From contig CAYRUB010000004.1 of assembly GCA_964427405.1 (NCBI GenBank), forward strand, positions 4,236 to 68,235: 64,000 bases of DNA, given 5' to 3'. This stretch comes from an uncultured Planctomycetales bacterium. GTDB taxonomy: Bacteria > Omnitrophota > Gorgyraeia > Gygaellales > Profunditerraquicolaceae. This document shows positions 35,480-44,381 of the stretch, piece by piece. The notes under the pieces are model-generated. The model had not been told where the DNA came from. It ran no database searches and saw only the letters and a program-made list of their open reading frames with translations. The position numbers were made by a program, and so were the translations under genes. The first letter of the stretch is position 1. Every line of letters begins with the position of its first letter.

Positions 35480-37201
35480 CTATTTATGTTGCTGGATCTG
35501 ATTAATCAACCCCTCAATAAATTTATCTAATGCAATTGCGCCCTGATCACCGCTACCCTTTTTACGCACACTTACCTGCCCCTGTTTTGCTTCCCGGTCT
35601 CCTAATATTAAACAGTAAGGAATCTTATTTAATTCCGCGTTACGGATCCTCTTGTCTAAGGTTTCATTACGTATATCCATATCTACGCGTATTTGATTTT
35701 TTTCTAACTCTTCCTTTACTTTCTGGGCGTAAAGAGCAACCGATTCCTTAATCGGAATTAACAAAACCTGAGTAGGGCTTAACCACAAAGGGAGCTCCCC
35801 TTTGTAATGCTCAATCAACGCGCCGATAAATCGCTCCAGGCTTCCCAATAAAACTCTATGCAGCATAATCGGCTGCTGTTCTTTACCTTCGGCATCGACA
35901 TAAGTCAGATCGAATCTTTTAGGTAAAGCAAAATCGCACTGGATAGTTGCGCATTGCCAGGTCCTCTTAAGTGCATCCTTTAATTTTATATCAATCTTAG
36001 GGCCGTAAAAGGCGCCGTCACCCTGGTTAATTTCATAAGACAGGCCTTTTTCTTTCAAGGCATCTTCAAGCGCGCTAGTTGCCTTTTGCCAATCTTCATC
36101 CGAACCAATAGATTTTTCCGGCCGGGTACTTAACTCAATCCCCCATTGCTCGAAACCAAAAACCTTCATTGTTTCAAAAACAAAATCAATTATCTTTTTA
36201 ATTTCCTCTCTTAATTGCTCCGGCAAACAAAATATATGCGCATCATCCTGGGTAAATCCACGCACGCGCAGCAGCCCGTGCAAAACCCCGGCTTTTTCAC
36301 GTCGGTAAACCGTACCTAACTCAAAGAGCCTTATGGGAAGTTCGCGGTAAGAACGGCTCTTTGATTTATAAATCAAAATGTGCCCCGGACAATTCATCGG
36401 CTTTAAAACAACCTCCCGGCCTTCTTCATCGGAAGAAAAATACATATTTTCTTTGTAATAATCATAATGACCGCTGATCTTCCAGAGCGCGACATCCATA
36501 ATATGAGGAGTAATTACCATTTGATATCCGCGTTTTAGATGCTCCTTTTTTTCATAGTCTTCAATGATCGTACGTAAAAGCGCTCCCTTAGGATGATAAA
36601 AAACTAACCCGGCTCCGGCCTGCTCATGGTAAATATCAAATAACCCCAGTTGCGGCCCCAGTTTCCTGTGATCACGCAACTTTGCTTCTTCTAAGGAATT
36701 TAAATATTCTTCTAATTCTTTTTTTGTATTAAAACAGGTGCCATAAATCCTCTGCAGCATGGGGTTAGTTTCAATCCCATGCCAATACGCACCGGCGACT
36801 GATAATAATTTGAAGAATTTTATTTCCCCGGTAGAATTAATATGCGGGCCGCGGCAAAGATCTAAGAAATTATTCCCGGTCTTATAAATAGAAACGGTCT
36901 CATTCGATAAATCTTTAATCAGCTCAACCTTATAATCTTCTTTTAATTTTTCAAATAAACCTATTGCTTCATCTCTGCCTAATTCTTGACGTACGAAGGT
37001 TTCATCCTTATTGATAATTTTCTGCATCTCCTGTTCAATCTTAAGCAAGTCTTCGTTACTGAACGGTTCTTTTTTGTCAAAATCATAGTAAAACCCGTCT
37101 TCAATAGCAGGGCCTATTGCTAGCTTTGTCTCTGGCCAGAGTTTTTTCACCGCCTCAGCCATGACGTGGGAACAAGAATGTCTTAAAGTATTTAGATCCA
37201 T
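35480..37201 (-). CDS. thrS: Threonine-tRNA ligase (no N-terminal TGS domain)
   Basis: RHSCSH, DLCRGPH, DHRKLG, KPMNCP, RVRGFTQDDAH, FYGPKID. Confidence 0.97.
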   Translation of the reverse strand: MDLNTLRHSCSHVMAEAVKKLWPETKLAIGPAIEDGFYYDFDKKEPFSNEDLLKIEQEMQKIINKDETFVRQELGRDEAIGLFEKLKEDYKVELIKDLSNETVSIYKTGNNFLDLCRGPHINSTGEIKFFKLLSVAGAYWHGIETNPMLQRIYGTCFNTKKELEEYLNSLEEAKLRDHRKLGPQLGLFDIYHEQAGAGLVFYHPKGALLRTIIEDYEKKEHLKRGYQMVITPHIMDVALWKISGHYDYYKENMYFSSDEEGREVVLKPMNCPGHILIYKSKSRSYRELPIRLFELGTVYRREKAGVLHGLLRVRGFTQDDAHIFCLPEQLREEIKKIIDFVFETMKVFGFEQWGIELSTRPEKSIGSDEDWQKATSALEDALKEKGLSYEINQGDGAFYGPKIDIKLKDALKRTWQCATIQCDFALPKRFDLTYVDAEGKEQQPIMLHRVLLGSLERFIGALIEHYKGELPLWLSPTQVLLIPIKESVALYAQKVKEELEKNQIRVDMDIRNETLDKRIRNAELNKIPYCLILGDREAKQGQVSVRKKGSGDQGAIALDKFIEGLINQIQQHK

Positions 37202-37221
37202 ATTTTGTTGAATAATTAAAA

Positions 37222-37295
37222 TGGGCCCAAGTGGACTTGAACCACTGACCTTTGCGATGTCAACGCAACGCTCTAACCAACTGAGCTATGAGCCC
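37222..37295 (-). tRNA. tRNA-Val(GAC)
   Basis: Cloverleaf; anticodon arm TTGCG-TTGACAT-CGCAA. Confidence 0.93.
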
Positions 37296-37310
37296 GGGCA
37301 TTTATTAAAT

Positions 37311-37393
37311 TGGGCAAGAAGGGAGTCGGACCCTTACGACCTTGCGGCCAACAGATTTTAAGTCTGTCGTGTATGCCATTCCACCACTTGCCC
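37311..37393 (-). tRNA. tRNA-Leu(TAA)
   Basis: Long variable arm; ACAGA-CTTAAAA-TCTGT; T-loop TCCGACT. Confidence 0.9.
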
Positions 37394-37406
37394 GTTAAAA
37401 ACTTAG

Positions 37407-37478
37407 AGGCGACGAGCGGAATTGAACCGCTGAATAGTTGTTTTGCAGACAACTGCCTTACCACTTGGCTACGTCGCC
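37407..37478 (-). tRNA. tRNA-Cys(GCA)
   Basis: GTTGT-CTGCAAA-ACAAC; U discriminator base. Confidence 0.93.
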
Positions 37479-37483
37479 AAAAA

Positions 37484-38029
37484 CTATAAATATTTTTTTA
37501 CTTCCTTAACAATATCCTCTGTCTCTGCTAAACAACCTAACCCCACCTTGCCGCAGGCAAGCACGCCTTTACGCGGTGCAATAAATTTATAACCACAAGA
37601 TTTTAATTTCGCGATATTACTTTGGGTAATCTTGTTATTATACATAAACTCATTCATTGCCGGGGCGATTAAAACTCTTGCCTTGCTTGCGCAAACCATA
37701 CAGGTTAAAAGATCATCACAAATACCTGCGGAAATTTTGGCAATTATATTCGCTGTTGCCGGGGCGATCAAAATTAAATCCGCCTCTTGCGCCAAGGACA
37801 CATGTTCAATCTCCCAGGTATCCGGATCATCAAAAATACCCGCTCGATAAACCCTATTCCCGCTTAAACTTGCGAAAACAATCGGCTTAATCAGCTCCTC
37901 TGCCTCTTTAGTCATAACTACCTTAACCGTAAAACCATATTCCTTAAACTTCCGGATAAGTTCGCACGCTTTATAAATCGCAATACTAGCAGTTACGCCT
38001 AAAATAATATTTTTCCTGGGCTTCTCCAT
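37484..38029 (-). CDS. coaC: Phosphopantothenoylcysteine decarboxylase (stand-alone CoaC)
   Basis: GVTASIAIYK, HVSLA, APATAN, PAMN, LACG; no CoaB domain. Confidence 0.88.
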   Translation of the reverse strand: MEKPRKNIILGVTASIAIYKACELIRKFKEYGFTVKVVMTKEAEELIKPIVFASLSGNRVYRAGIFDDPDTWEIEHVSLAQEADLILIAPATANIIAKISAGICDDLLTCMVCASKARVLIAPAMNEFMYNNKITQSNIAKLKSCGYKFIAPRKGVLACGKVGLGCLAETEDIVKEVKKYL

Positions 38030-38034
38030 TATTT

Positions 38035-38244
38035 TTATTCTTTTGTTTTTATTACTCTGGCCTCTATCTTACCCTGCTCAATCTCATGCAGGGCCACTGT
38101 AGAAGGCTTCGCGGAAGCCTCATCCACAACTAATCTTGGCTGCCCCTCAGCAAGCTCTAAGGCCCTTTTGGAGGCCAGAATAACCAGCTTATAAATAGAA
38201 CCCAAACTCTTATCTAAAAGTTTCTCTCTGCCACGATATCCCAT
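38035..38244 (-). CDS. rpoZ: RNA polymerase omega subunit
   Basis: SIYKLVILASKRA...KPSTVALHEI; gmk-rpoZ-coa synteny. Confidence 0.9.
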   Translation of the reverse strand: MGYRGREKLLDKSLGSIYKLVILASKRALELAEGQPRLVVDEASAKPSTVALHEIEQGKIEARVIKTKE

Positions 38245-38264
38245 CTTTTACCCCCAAGTAATTG

Positions 38265-38864
38265 TTAAATGCCGCTTTCCTTTAAAAATATCTTCTTTAA
38301 TTCTTTAAGAGCAATCCGCAGGTTCTGGTTCAGAATGCGATAATCAAATTGTGCGGCTGCCAAGATTTCCCGTTTCGCCAGACGCAGACGCTGCGTTACT
38401 TCTTTTTTATTAGTCTCTCTGCAACGGCCTTCAATCCTTGCCTTAAGCACGCTAAGTGAAGGCGGAAGGACAAAAACTGTTACCGAATTATAGGGATAGA
38501 TTTTCTTAAGAATCCTTGCGCCCTTAAGGTCTAAACATAAACCAAGATGTTTGCCTTTTTTAAGCCGGTTTTCTACCAGCTCTCTAGGCGTTCCGTAATA
38601 ATAGCCCAAATACCTTGTCCATTCAAGAATTTTTTTCGCTTTTAACAAGCGCCTAAATTCGCCTTTGCTAATAAAAAAATAGTCCTTACCCTGCTTCTCC
38701 CCTAAGCGCCTGGGCCGGGTAGTAACAGAGCGTGATTTTTCCAGCAATTTAGCTATTTTTCTATCTTGGATTAATCTAGTCAGAAGGGTAGTTTTACCTG
38801 AGCCCGAAGGCCCGGAGATTATAAAAATTTTACCTGGCTTATTTTGTATTTTTTTGGCTTTCAC
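38265..38864 (-). CDS. gmk: Guanylate kinase
   Basis: SGPSGSGKTT, SVTTRPRR, GKDYFF, YYGTP, VLPPS. Confidence 0.93.
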   Translation of the reverse strand: MKAKKIQNKPGKIFIISGPSGSGKTTLLTRLIQDRKIAKLLEKSRSVTTRPRRLGEKQGKDYFFISKGEFRRLLKAKKILEWTRYLGYYYGTPRELVENRLKKGKHLGLCLDLKGARILKKIYPYNSVTVFVLPPSLSVLKARIEGRCRETNKKEVTQRLRLAKREILAAAQFDYRILNQNLRIALKELKKIFLKESGI

Positions 38865-39691
38865 TACTCGATATTCTGCACTTGTTCGCGGATCTTCTCA
38901 ATCTGGCTTTTCATCTGTACTGCACGCCCTGAAATAACCAGATCAAAAGACTTCGCCGCCAAGGTATTGGCCTCGCGTTGCATCTCCTGAGTAATAAAAT
39001 CCAGCTCCTTGCCAACAGAACCGCCTTTAGCAATCTTCTGTTGAAAATTCTTTATATGAAAACTTAAGCGATCCATTTCTTCAGCGATATCCGCTCCTTT
39101 TAAGAAAGCTAAACGTTCCTCTTCCGCTTTTATCTTGCGGAGCCTTATTTTTACTGCCGAGCCGAACCTGCGCTTAATTAAAACTAAATCTTTTTTAAGT
39201 AACTCGCTTCTGTTTTTTAGTAAAACTGCCAAAGCCCTGCCCTCCTTCTGCCGCGTCTTTAACAACTCTAAAAGCGCCTGCTGAAGCAAGGGTTTAAGAT
39301 GCTCCCAAATATGCGTACCCGCCGGTTTATTTTCCTTAAGCGACAAGATACCCGGCAGCCGGATTAAAGAATCCAGAGCCAACCCATCTTTAATCTTAAA
39401 CTCCTTTTTTATATCATTTAACTCATGCAAATAATTCTTCAAAAGCTTGCGGTTTACAAATATACCCTGTGCCTCTTTACCCTTTATGTTTATGGCACAG
39501 AAAATTCTGCCCCGCCTGATTTTTGCCTCAATCTCTTTTTTTAATTTGTCCTCAATAGAAAGCATTCCTTCCGGCAGATGAAAAACGGTCTCCAGGAACT
39601 TATGGTTAGTACATCTTAATTCCACGCAAATTCTGCCGATAGAATCAATTTCTGCTTCTTGGCTGCCGAAACCAGTCATACTGCTAATCAT
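38864..39691 (-). CDS. yicC: YicC/YloC family endoribonuclease
   Basis: Start at MISSMTGFG; GKELDFITQEMQREANT; EKIREQVQNIE. Confidence 0.92.
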   Translation of the reverse strand: MISSMTGFGSQEAEIDSIGRICVELRCTNHKFLETVFHLPEGMLSIEDKLKKEIEAKIRRGRIFCAINIKGKEAQGIFVNRKLLKNYLHELNDIKKEFKIKDGLALDSLIRLPGILSLKENKPAGTHIWEHLKPLLQQALLELLKTRQKEGRALAVLLKNRSELLKKDLVLIKRRFGSAVKIRLRKIKAEEERLAFLKGADIAEEMDRLSFHIKNFQQKIAKGGSVGKELDFITQEMQREANTLAAKSFDLVISGRAVQMKSQIEKIREQVQNIE

Positions 39692-39693
39692 TT

Positions 39694-40197
39694 TTAGCTC
39701 CAAACCTTGCTTACTATTTCTTCCCGCATTAAATCTTTTGTCGAATAAAGATCCACAATGATCTCGTCCGGCGCAAACCAAAGCTTGATCTCCCTTTCGG
39801 CTTCGGATTCATTGGATGAAACATGAATTACATTTTCGTAAACTCCGGATGTGGTTATCCTGCCATAAGAACCCCGGATAGAGGTCGACTCGGCTTCCTC
39901 GGGATTGGTAGCTCCTGCTAATTCCCGACATTTTTTAATCGCGTCCTCTCCCCAATAAACCAGGGCCATGACTTTCTTGCGATCGTGCAACTGCCCCTGG
40001 AGATATTTAATAATTTCCCCAAAAAACGGCTTATCTTTTAAATGCTTATAATGTTCTTCGGCCAACTCTTTTGATACGCGCACCATTTTTGCGGCGACGA
40101 TTTCAAGTTTTGTCTCGGATAAACGTGTAAGGATATTTCCGGTGAGCGACTTCTTTAACCCGTCGGGCTTGATAAGAATTAAAACTGCCTGTTCCAT
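39694..40197 (-). CDS. ndk: Nucleoside-diphosphate kinase
   Basis: LIKPDG, GATNP, SIRG, NVIHVSS, EREIKLWF. Confidence 0.92.
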   Translation of the reverse strand: MEQAVLILIKPDGLKKSLTGNILTRLSETKLEIVAAKMVRVSKELAEEHYKHLKDKPFFGEIIKYLQGQLHDRKKVMALVYWGEDAIKKCRELAGATNPEEAESTSIRGSYGRITTSGVYENVIHVSSNESEAEREIKLWFAPDEIIVDLYSTKDLMREEIVSKVWS

Positions 40198-40200
40198 TAT

Positions 40201-41058
40201 TTATTTCCCTCCTTTAATTACATTGACGATACGCTCAAGATCTTCTTGAGAATAAAATTCAATATTAATATGACCGCGCTTTTTCCTTTTACTGATCCTG
40301 ACCTTGGTAGCTAAAGCATGTTGCAACTGCTCTTCCAAAATAGCAACCAATGGTTCACGCTGGCCCTGGCCAATTTTTCTTTTTATTAATTTTGGCCGGT
40401 TGCTTTTAATCAAACTCTCCAGCTCGCGCACAGAAAGCCCCTTAGAAATAATATCTTGAACAAGTTTACGCTGATGGTTTGCATCTTCTATCTCTAGCAG
40501 GGCGCGGCCATGCGCAAAACTAATGCGCCCATTTTTCATCTCTTCTTGAATCTCATGGGGAAGCTTAAGCAACCGTAACGTGTTAGTAATAGTAGCCCTT
40601 GCCTTACCTAAAACTTCGCTTATTTTTTCCTGAGTAACTTTAAATTTATCTATTAAGTGTTGATAAGCATGTGCTTCTTCAATAGGATTCAACCCCTCCC
40701 TCTGAATGTTTTCAATTAGAGCCAACTCTAGGGAATCTTGATCGCTTACATCGCGCACAATAACCGGTATCTCCTTTAGGCCCAAGATGTTAGAAGCACG
40801 AAACCTTCGTTCTCCAGCAATTAATTCATAATTATCCCCCCTGCGTCTAACCAAAAGTGGCTGTATAACTCCTTTTTCTCTAATAGACTGAGATAATTCT
40901 TCTATACTTGCCTGGTCAAAGCTTTCTCTTGGTTGAAAGGGATTCGGTTTTATTTGTCCAGACTGGACATAAATAATCTCTTCTTTATGTGTTTCGCCTT
41001 CAACCGTTCTCTCTGGAATTAATGCGCTTAAACCTTTTCCTAAAGCCCGTCTTTCCAT
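40201..41058 (-). CDS. parB: Chromosome partitioning protein ParB
   Basis: ALGKGLSALI, QPR, IAGERRFRA, ENIQRE, HTH region. Confidence 0.96.
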   Translation of the reverse strand: MERRALGKGLSALIPERTVEGETHKEEIIYVQSGQIKPNPFQPRESFDQASIEELSQSIREKGVIQPLLVRRRGDNYELIAGERRFRASNILGLKEIPVIVRDVSDQDSLELALIENIQREGLNPIEEAHAYQHLIDKFKVTQEKISEVLGKARATITNTLRLLKLPHEIQEEMKNGRISFAHGRALLEIEDANHQRKLVQDIISKGLSVRELESLIKSNRPKLIKRKIGQGQREPLVAILEEQLQHALATKVRISKRKKRGHINIEFYSQEDLERIVNVIKGGK

Positions 41059-41855
41059 TAAGACTCTCCTTGTCCCTGTGGGATTTTTGAATTCAACGGT
41101 AAACCTAATATTTCTTTACTAAGCTCTTCATATTTTTGAGCACCAAGAGAACCCGGGTCATACAAAGCAATGGGTTTTCCAAAACTTGGCGCCTCGGTTA
41201 AACGAACATTCCTGGGAATCACGGTCTTATAAACTTTCTCCTTAAAATGATTGCGCGCCTCTTGAATAACTTCCTTAGTGAGGTTAGTGCGGAAATCTGC
41301 CATAGTCAAAAGCACACCTTCAATTCCTAGGGATGGATTAAGATTTTCTTTCACAAGTCTAATGGTATTATGTAGTTGCGTCAATCCTTCCAGGGCATAA
41401 TATTCACATTGCACTGGGATTATAACTGAATCAGCAGCGCATAAACCATTGATTGTAAGTAACCCCAGGGAGGGAGGTGAATCGATAATCAAGAAATCAA
41501 AATTTTCTTTTTCTTTTTGTAAAGCTCTTTTTAGTCTATATTCCCGGCCTAATGCCCCAACTAACTCTACTTCTGCTCCGGTTAAATCTAAATTAGAAGG
41601 CGCAAGCGTAAGGTTATCAATACCAGTCTTCTGCAAAATATCAACAAGCTCGGATTCTTCAAGAAGAATATGATATGTGCTTTTTTTAATATCATGCTTG
41701 TTTATCCCAATTCCGCTGGTTGCGTTTGCCTGAGGATCCAAATCAATCAGCATAACTTTCTTGCCTGACATAGCTAGATATGCTGCGAGGTTAATGGAAG
41801 TAGTAGTTTTACCTACTCCGCCCTTTTGATTACAGATTGCGATTATTTTACCCAT
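41058..41855 (-). CDS. parA: Chromosome partitioning ATPase ParA/Soj
   Basis: MGKIIAICNQKGGVGKTT, DLDPQ, DSPPSLG, PVQCEYYALEG, EAPSFG. Confidence 0.96.
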   Translation of the reverse strand: MGKIIAICNQKGGVGKTTTSINLAAYLAMSGKKVMLIDLDPQANATSGIGINKHDIKKSTYHILLEESELVDILQKTGIDNLTLAPSNLDLTGAEVELVGALGREYRLKRALQKEKENFDFLIIDSPPSLGLLTINGLCAADSVIIPVQCEYYALEGLTQLHNTIRLVKENLNPSLGIEGVLLTMADFRTNLTKEVIQEARNHFKEKVYKTVIPRNVRLTEAPSFGKPIALYDPGSLGAQKYEELSKEILGLPLNSKIPQGQGES

Positions 41856-41877
41856 TGATATTGCTGTAGTTACGCTT

Positions 41878-41893
41878 AGTTCCCCGGGAAACA
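41878..41893. promoter_or_regulatory. parS-like palindrome with a CCCGGG core
   Basis: TGTTTCCCGGGGAACT (minus strand), between the parA promoter and parA. Confidence 0.6.
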
Positions 41894-41911
41894 TCCCTTT
41901 TGACTAAATCA

Positions 41912-41939
41912 ATTATCTCAAAACTAAAACGAATGTCAA
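41912..41939 (-). promoter_or_regulatory. parAB promoter
   Basis: TTGACA-N16-GATAAT with an extended -10 TG. Confidence 0.65.
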
Positions 41940-42136
41940 GTGTTTTCTTTATTTGAAATCGCGCTTACGCGCACCTTAGCAGGCTTAGCTCCAGGCATAC
42001 CAAAAAGACCTTTTTTCTCTTCAGATAGAACCTGTATTTTTACACTTTTTCGTGGCAGCTTTAATTCTAGTAAGGCCTTTTGTATGGCCTCTTCAACCGT
42101 GTTACCCTCAACTTCTAAATATTTTAGTCTTTTCAT
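41936..42136 (-). CDS. Stand-alone Jag/EloR N-terminal domain protein
   Basis: EGNTVEEAIQKALLEL...KKGLFG...AKVRV; follows yidC; lacks KH and R3H domains. Confidence 0.85.
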   Translation of the reverse strand: MKRLKYLEVEGNTVEEAIQKALLELKLPRKSVKIQVLSEEKKGLFGMPGAKPAKVRVSAISNKENT

Positions 42137-43662
42137 TTTTGTTTATTCATGCGCATTTGATAAACAAGCATTAACGCGCTATTTACAAACCAATAAAGCA
42201 CTAATCCTGATGGCATCTGGTAAAAAATAACCCCAAACATAATAGGCATAATAATGGACATCATTTTTTGCTGTTGAGCTGCTTCTCCAGTTGCTTTAAC
42301 CATAGAAATCTTTTGTTGCACAAACATACCTATAGCCATTAAAATTGGTAAAATATTAACCTGGTTACCTAAAAGGGGTATTGAATTCTTAAAGGTAAAA
42401 ATCTGATCCGGAGAAGAAAGATCTTTAATCCAAAGAAAATGTGCGCCCCTTAAGGCTACTGAACGAATCAATGCCTGATACAGAGCAAAGAAGATCGGCA
42501 TCTGCAATAACAAGGGCAGGCAACCTCCAAGTGGGTTAACCTTATGCTCTTTATATAGTTCCATTATTTCCTTGTTCAATCTTTGGGGATTGTCCTTAAG
42601 CTCTTTACGCAAAGCTTCTATTTTAGGCTGTAAAGCTTGCATTTCTTTCATAGAACGCATTTGCTTTAACGAAAGAGGGAAAAGCAGAAAATAAACTGCG
42701 ATACTTAATATTATTATTGCTAAACCCCAATTATGCACTAAGCTATAAAAAAATCCCAATAACTGTAAAAGCAGCTGAGCGATAAAATCAAAGACACCAT
42801 AATAAATAATCCCTGTCCATTCTGGTTTAATACTGTTAATAGTTTTTAAATCCTGCGGCCCCAAATAGATATGATATAAATGTCCAATCTGTTTACCAGG
42901 ATTTAGCTTAAATTCGGTGTTTAATATTCCTACTTCAGATTCCTGGGGGCTAATCTTCTTAATATAGGCTCCGGCCACCGCATCAGCTGGCTCAAGAATA
43001 GCACAAAAATATTGATCGCGTAATCCAATAGAATTTACATCCTTAGTAGTAAATTCTTTCCCCGCTGAAATATGTACTGATTTTTCTTTACCGTTTAGGA
43101 AAATATCCTGGTAGCGCGACTGGGTATTTTTAGCGGAAAGATCCAGCCGGCCTAAAACTATTTGAGAATTGAAAAGAAGGGGGGAAGGTGACAAGTTTTG
43201 AGTCTTAATCTCTAAGTCTATGACATAACTATTGTTAGGAATAATATACTTCTTAACAATACGCTTATCTTTATCCTGATAAACAAACGAAATCTGCTCT
43301 TTGCTTATACTCTCTTGTTTGAACAAATTACTGGCATCGCTGAGCAAGCCAATTTTAAGCGGCAGGCGATGTTCGAGTTTGTTTTTAAAAACCACTTCTA
43401 CAATAGCAGCTCTGGCTGGATCAAAAATAATATCCCGGCTATCTTGAGTGAATTTCACAACCTCTTTTACGGGATCCAGAACAGGCGGGGTTAAAGTTGC
43501 TACCTGGTTATTGGATGAATTTTGCTGTACTGGAGCATTTATTTGTACCTTATCAGCTATAACTCCTTTATTATCAAGTATTTGCGATTTAGGGGCCAAG
43601 GCTGACCAGCTCAATAAAACTAACAAAGATAAAGCGATAGCTAATACTAAACGTTTTTCCAT
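42133..43662 (-). CDS. yidC: Membrane protein insertase YidC
   Basis: YLGP, NWGLAII, MQALQPKI, NPLGGCLPLLLQMPIF, WIKDLS, PSGLVLYW. Confidence 0.96.
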   Translation of the reverse strand: MEKRLVLAIALSLLVLLSWSALAPKSQILDNKGVIADKVQINAPVQQNSSNNQVATLTPPVLDPVKEVVKFTQDSRDIIFDPARAAIVEVVFKNKLEHRLPLKIGLLSDASNLFKQESISKEQISFVYQDKDKRIVKKYIIPNNSYVIDLEIKTQNLSPSPLLFNSQIVLGRLDLSAKNTQSRYQDIFLNGKEKSVHISAGKEFTTKDVNSIGLRDQYFCAILEPADAVAGAYIKKISPQESEVGILNTEFKLNPGKQIGHLYHIYLGPQDLKTINSIKPEWTGIIYYGVFDFIAQLLLQLLGFFYSLVHNWGLAIIILSIAVYFLLFPLSLKQMRSMKEMQALQPKIEALRKELKDNPQRLNKEIMELYKEHKVNPLGGCLPLLLQMPIFFALYQALIRSVALRGAHFLWIKDLSSPDQIFTFKNSIPLLGNQVNILPILMAIGMFVQQKISMVKATGEAAQQQKMMSIIMPIMFGVIFYQMPSGLVLYWFVNSALMLVYQMRMNKQK

Positions 43663-43667
43663 ATATT

Positions 43668-43892
43668 TTATGTTAAGGGATCATAACCTGACTGACCAGA
43701 AAAAGGATGACAACGCAGAATCCTTTTTAGCCCCTTACATCCTCCTTTAATTAACCCATATTTTAAAATTGCTTGTCTTGTATATTCGGAACAACCAGGC
43801 TCAAAGCGACAGGTTGCCGGAATAACCGGTCTTATATACTTCTGATATGCAGCTATCAAATTAAGCGTTAGGTTCGCTGGCGTTAAATACAA
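43668..43892 (-). CDS. yidD: Membrane protein insertion efficiency factor YidD
   Basis: CRFEPGCSEY, RILRCHPF, GYDP; probable TTG start at 43892 after AGGAG. Confidence 0.9.
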   Translation of the reverse strand: MYLTPANLTLNLIAAYQKYIRPVIPATCRFEPGCSEYTRQAILKYGLIKGGCKGLKRILRCHPFSGQSGYDPLT

Positions 43893-43905
43893 AGCGTCTC
43901 TCCTA

Positions 43906-44043
43906 TCACACACAGAGACGCTTCCTGCCTTTGCTCCGTCGACGTGCCAAAGTCTTTCGCCCGGACTTGGTAGACATTTTTTTGCGAAAACCTTGGCTTC
44001 TCTTGCCGACAATATTTGTTGGCGTGGTTAAATTTTTCTTCAT
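43906..44043 (-). CDS. rpmH: 50S ribosomal protein L34, absent from the ORF track
   Basis: [45 protein letters not shown]; AAGGAG SD. Confidence 0.93.
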   Translation of the reverse strand: MKKNLTTPTNIVGKRSQGFRKKMSTKSGRKTLARRRSKGRKRLCV

Positions 44044-44175
44044 TTTAAATTCTCCTTGTTTTATCCCTCCAGCTTATTACAAAAACAGTTTGAGGGAAAT
44101 TGTGAAAATCACTCAAGCGCTTTTCTTGATTTTTGTGAATTGTAACACACATTCACCTGGCGGTCAAGTTTTTTA

Positions 44176-44253
44176 TTGACGTTCTAACATATTATTGTAT
44201 AATAACTGACGTTTATCTTTTTTGCTTGCAAGGATTTTTGACTCTGTTATAAT
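44176..44253 (+). promoter_or_regulatory. Tandem dnaA promoters
   Basis: TTGACG-N16-TATAAT (44176-44203) and TTGCAA-N16-TATAAT (44226-44253). Confidence 0.7.
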
Positions 44254-44279
44254 AGCTGTGTTTTAGCTAAATCCATGAT

Positions 44280-44380
44280 CACATTTTTATCCACAGATTT
44301 ATGCAAGTTGTGTATAAACTGTTAATTCTGTTACAACAGCAAGAGGGAAATTTGCCAGTAATATAAGTTTTTATCAACGG
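44280..44380. other. oriC part 1: DnaA-box cluster upstream of dnaA
   Basis: TTATCCACA at 44287, TGTGTATAA at 44309, TTATCAACG at 44371; gene strand switches here. Confidence 0.8.
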
Positions 44381-44381
44381 G

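Noticed and set aside
37484-38029. Truncated coaBC pseudogene
   Set aside because: The CoaC domain is complete and ends cleanly; split coaB/coaC genes are known in other bacteria.
39692-39781. N-terminal extension of YicC
   Set aside because: It overlaps ndk; the family-typical start MISSMTGFG is at 39691.
43893-44012. 40-aa N-terminal extension of YidD in the ORF track, considered as a possible RnpA remnant
   Set aside because: It is an alternative frame of rpmH with no RnpA motif. An SD plus TTG at 43892 gives a normal-sized YidD.
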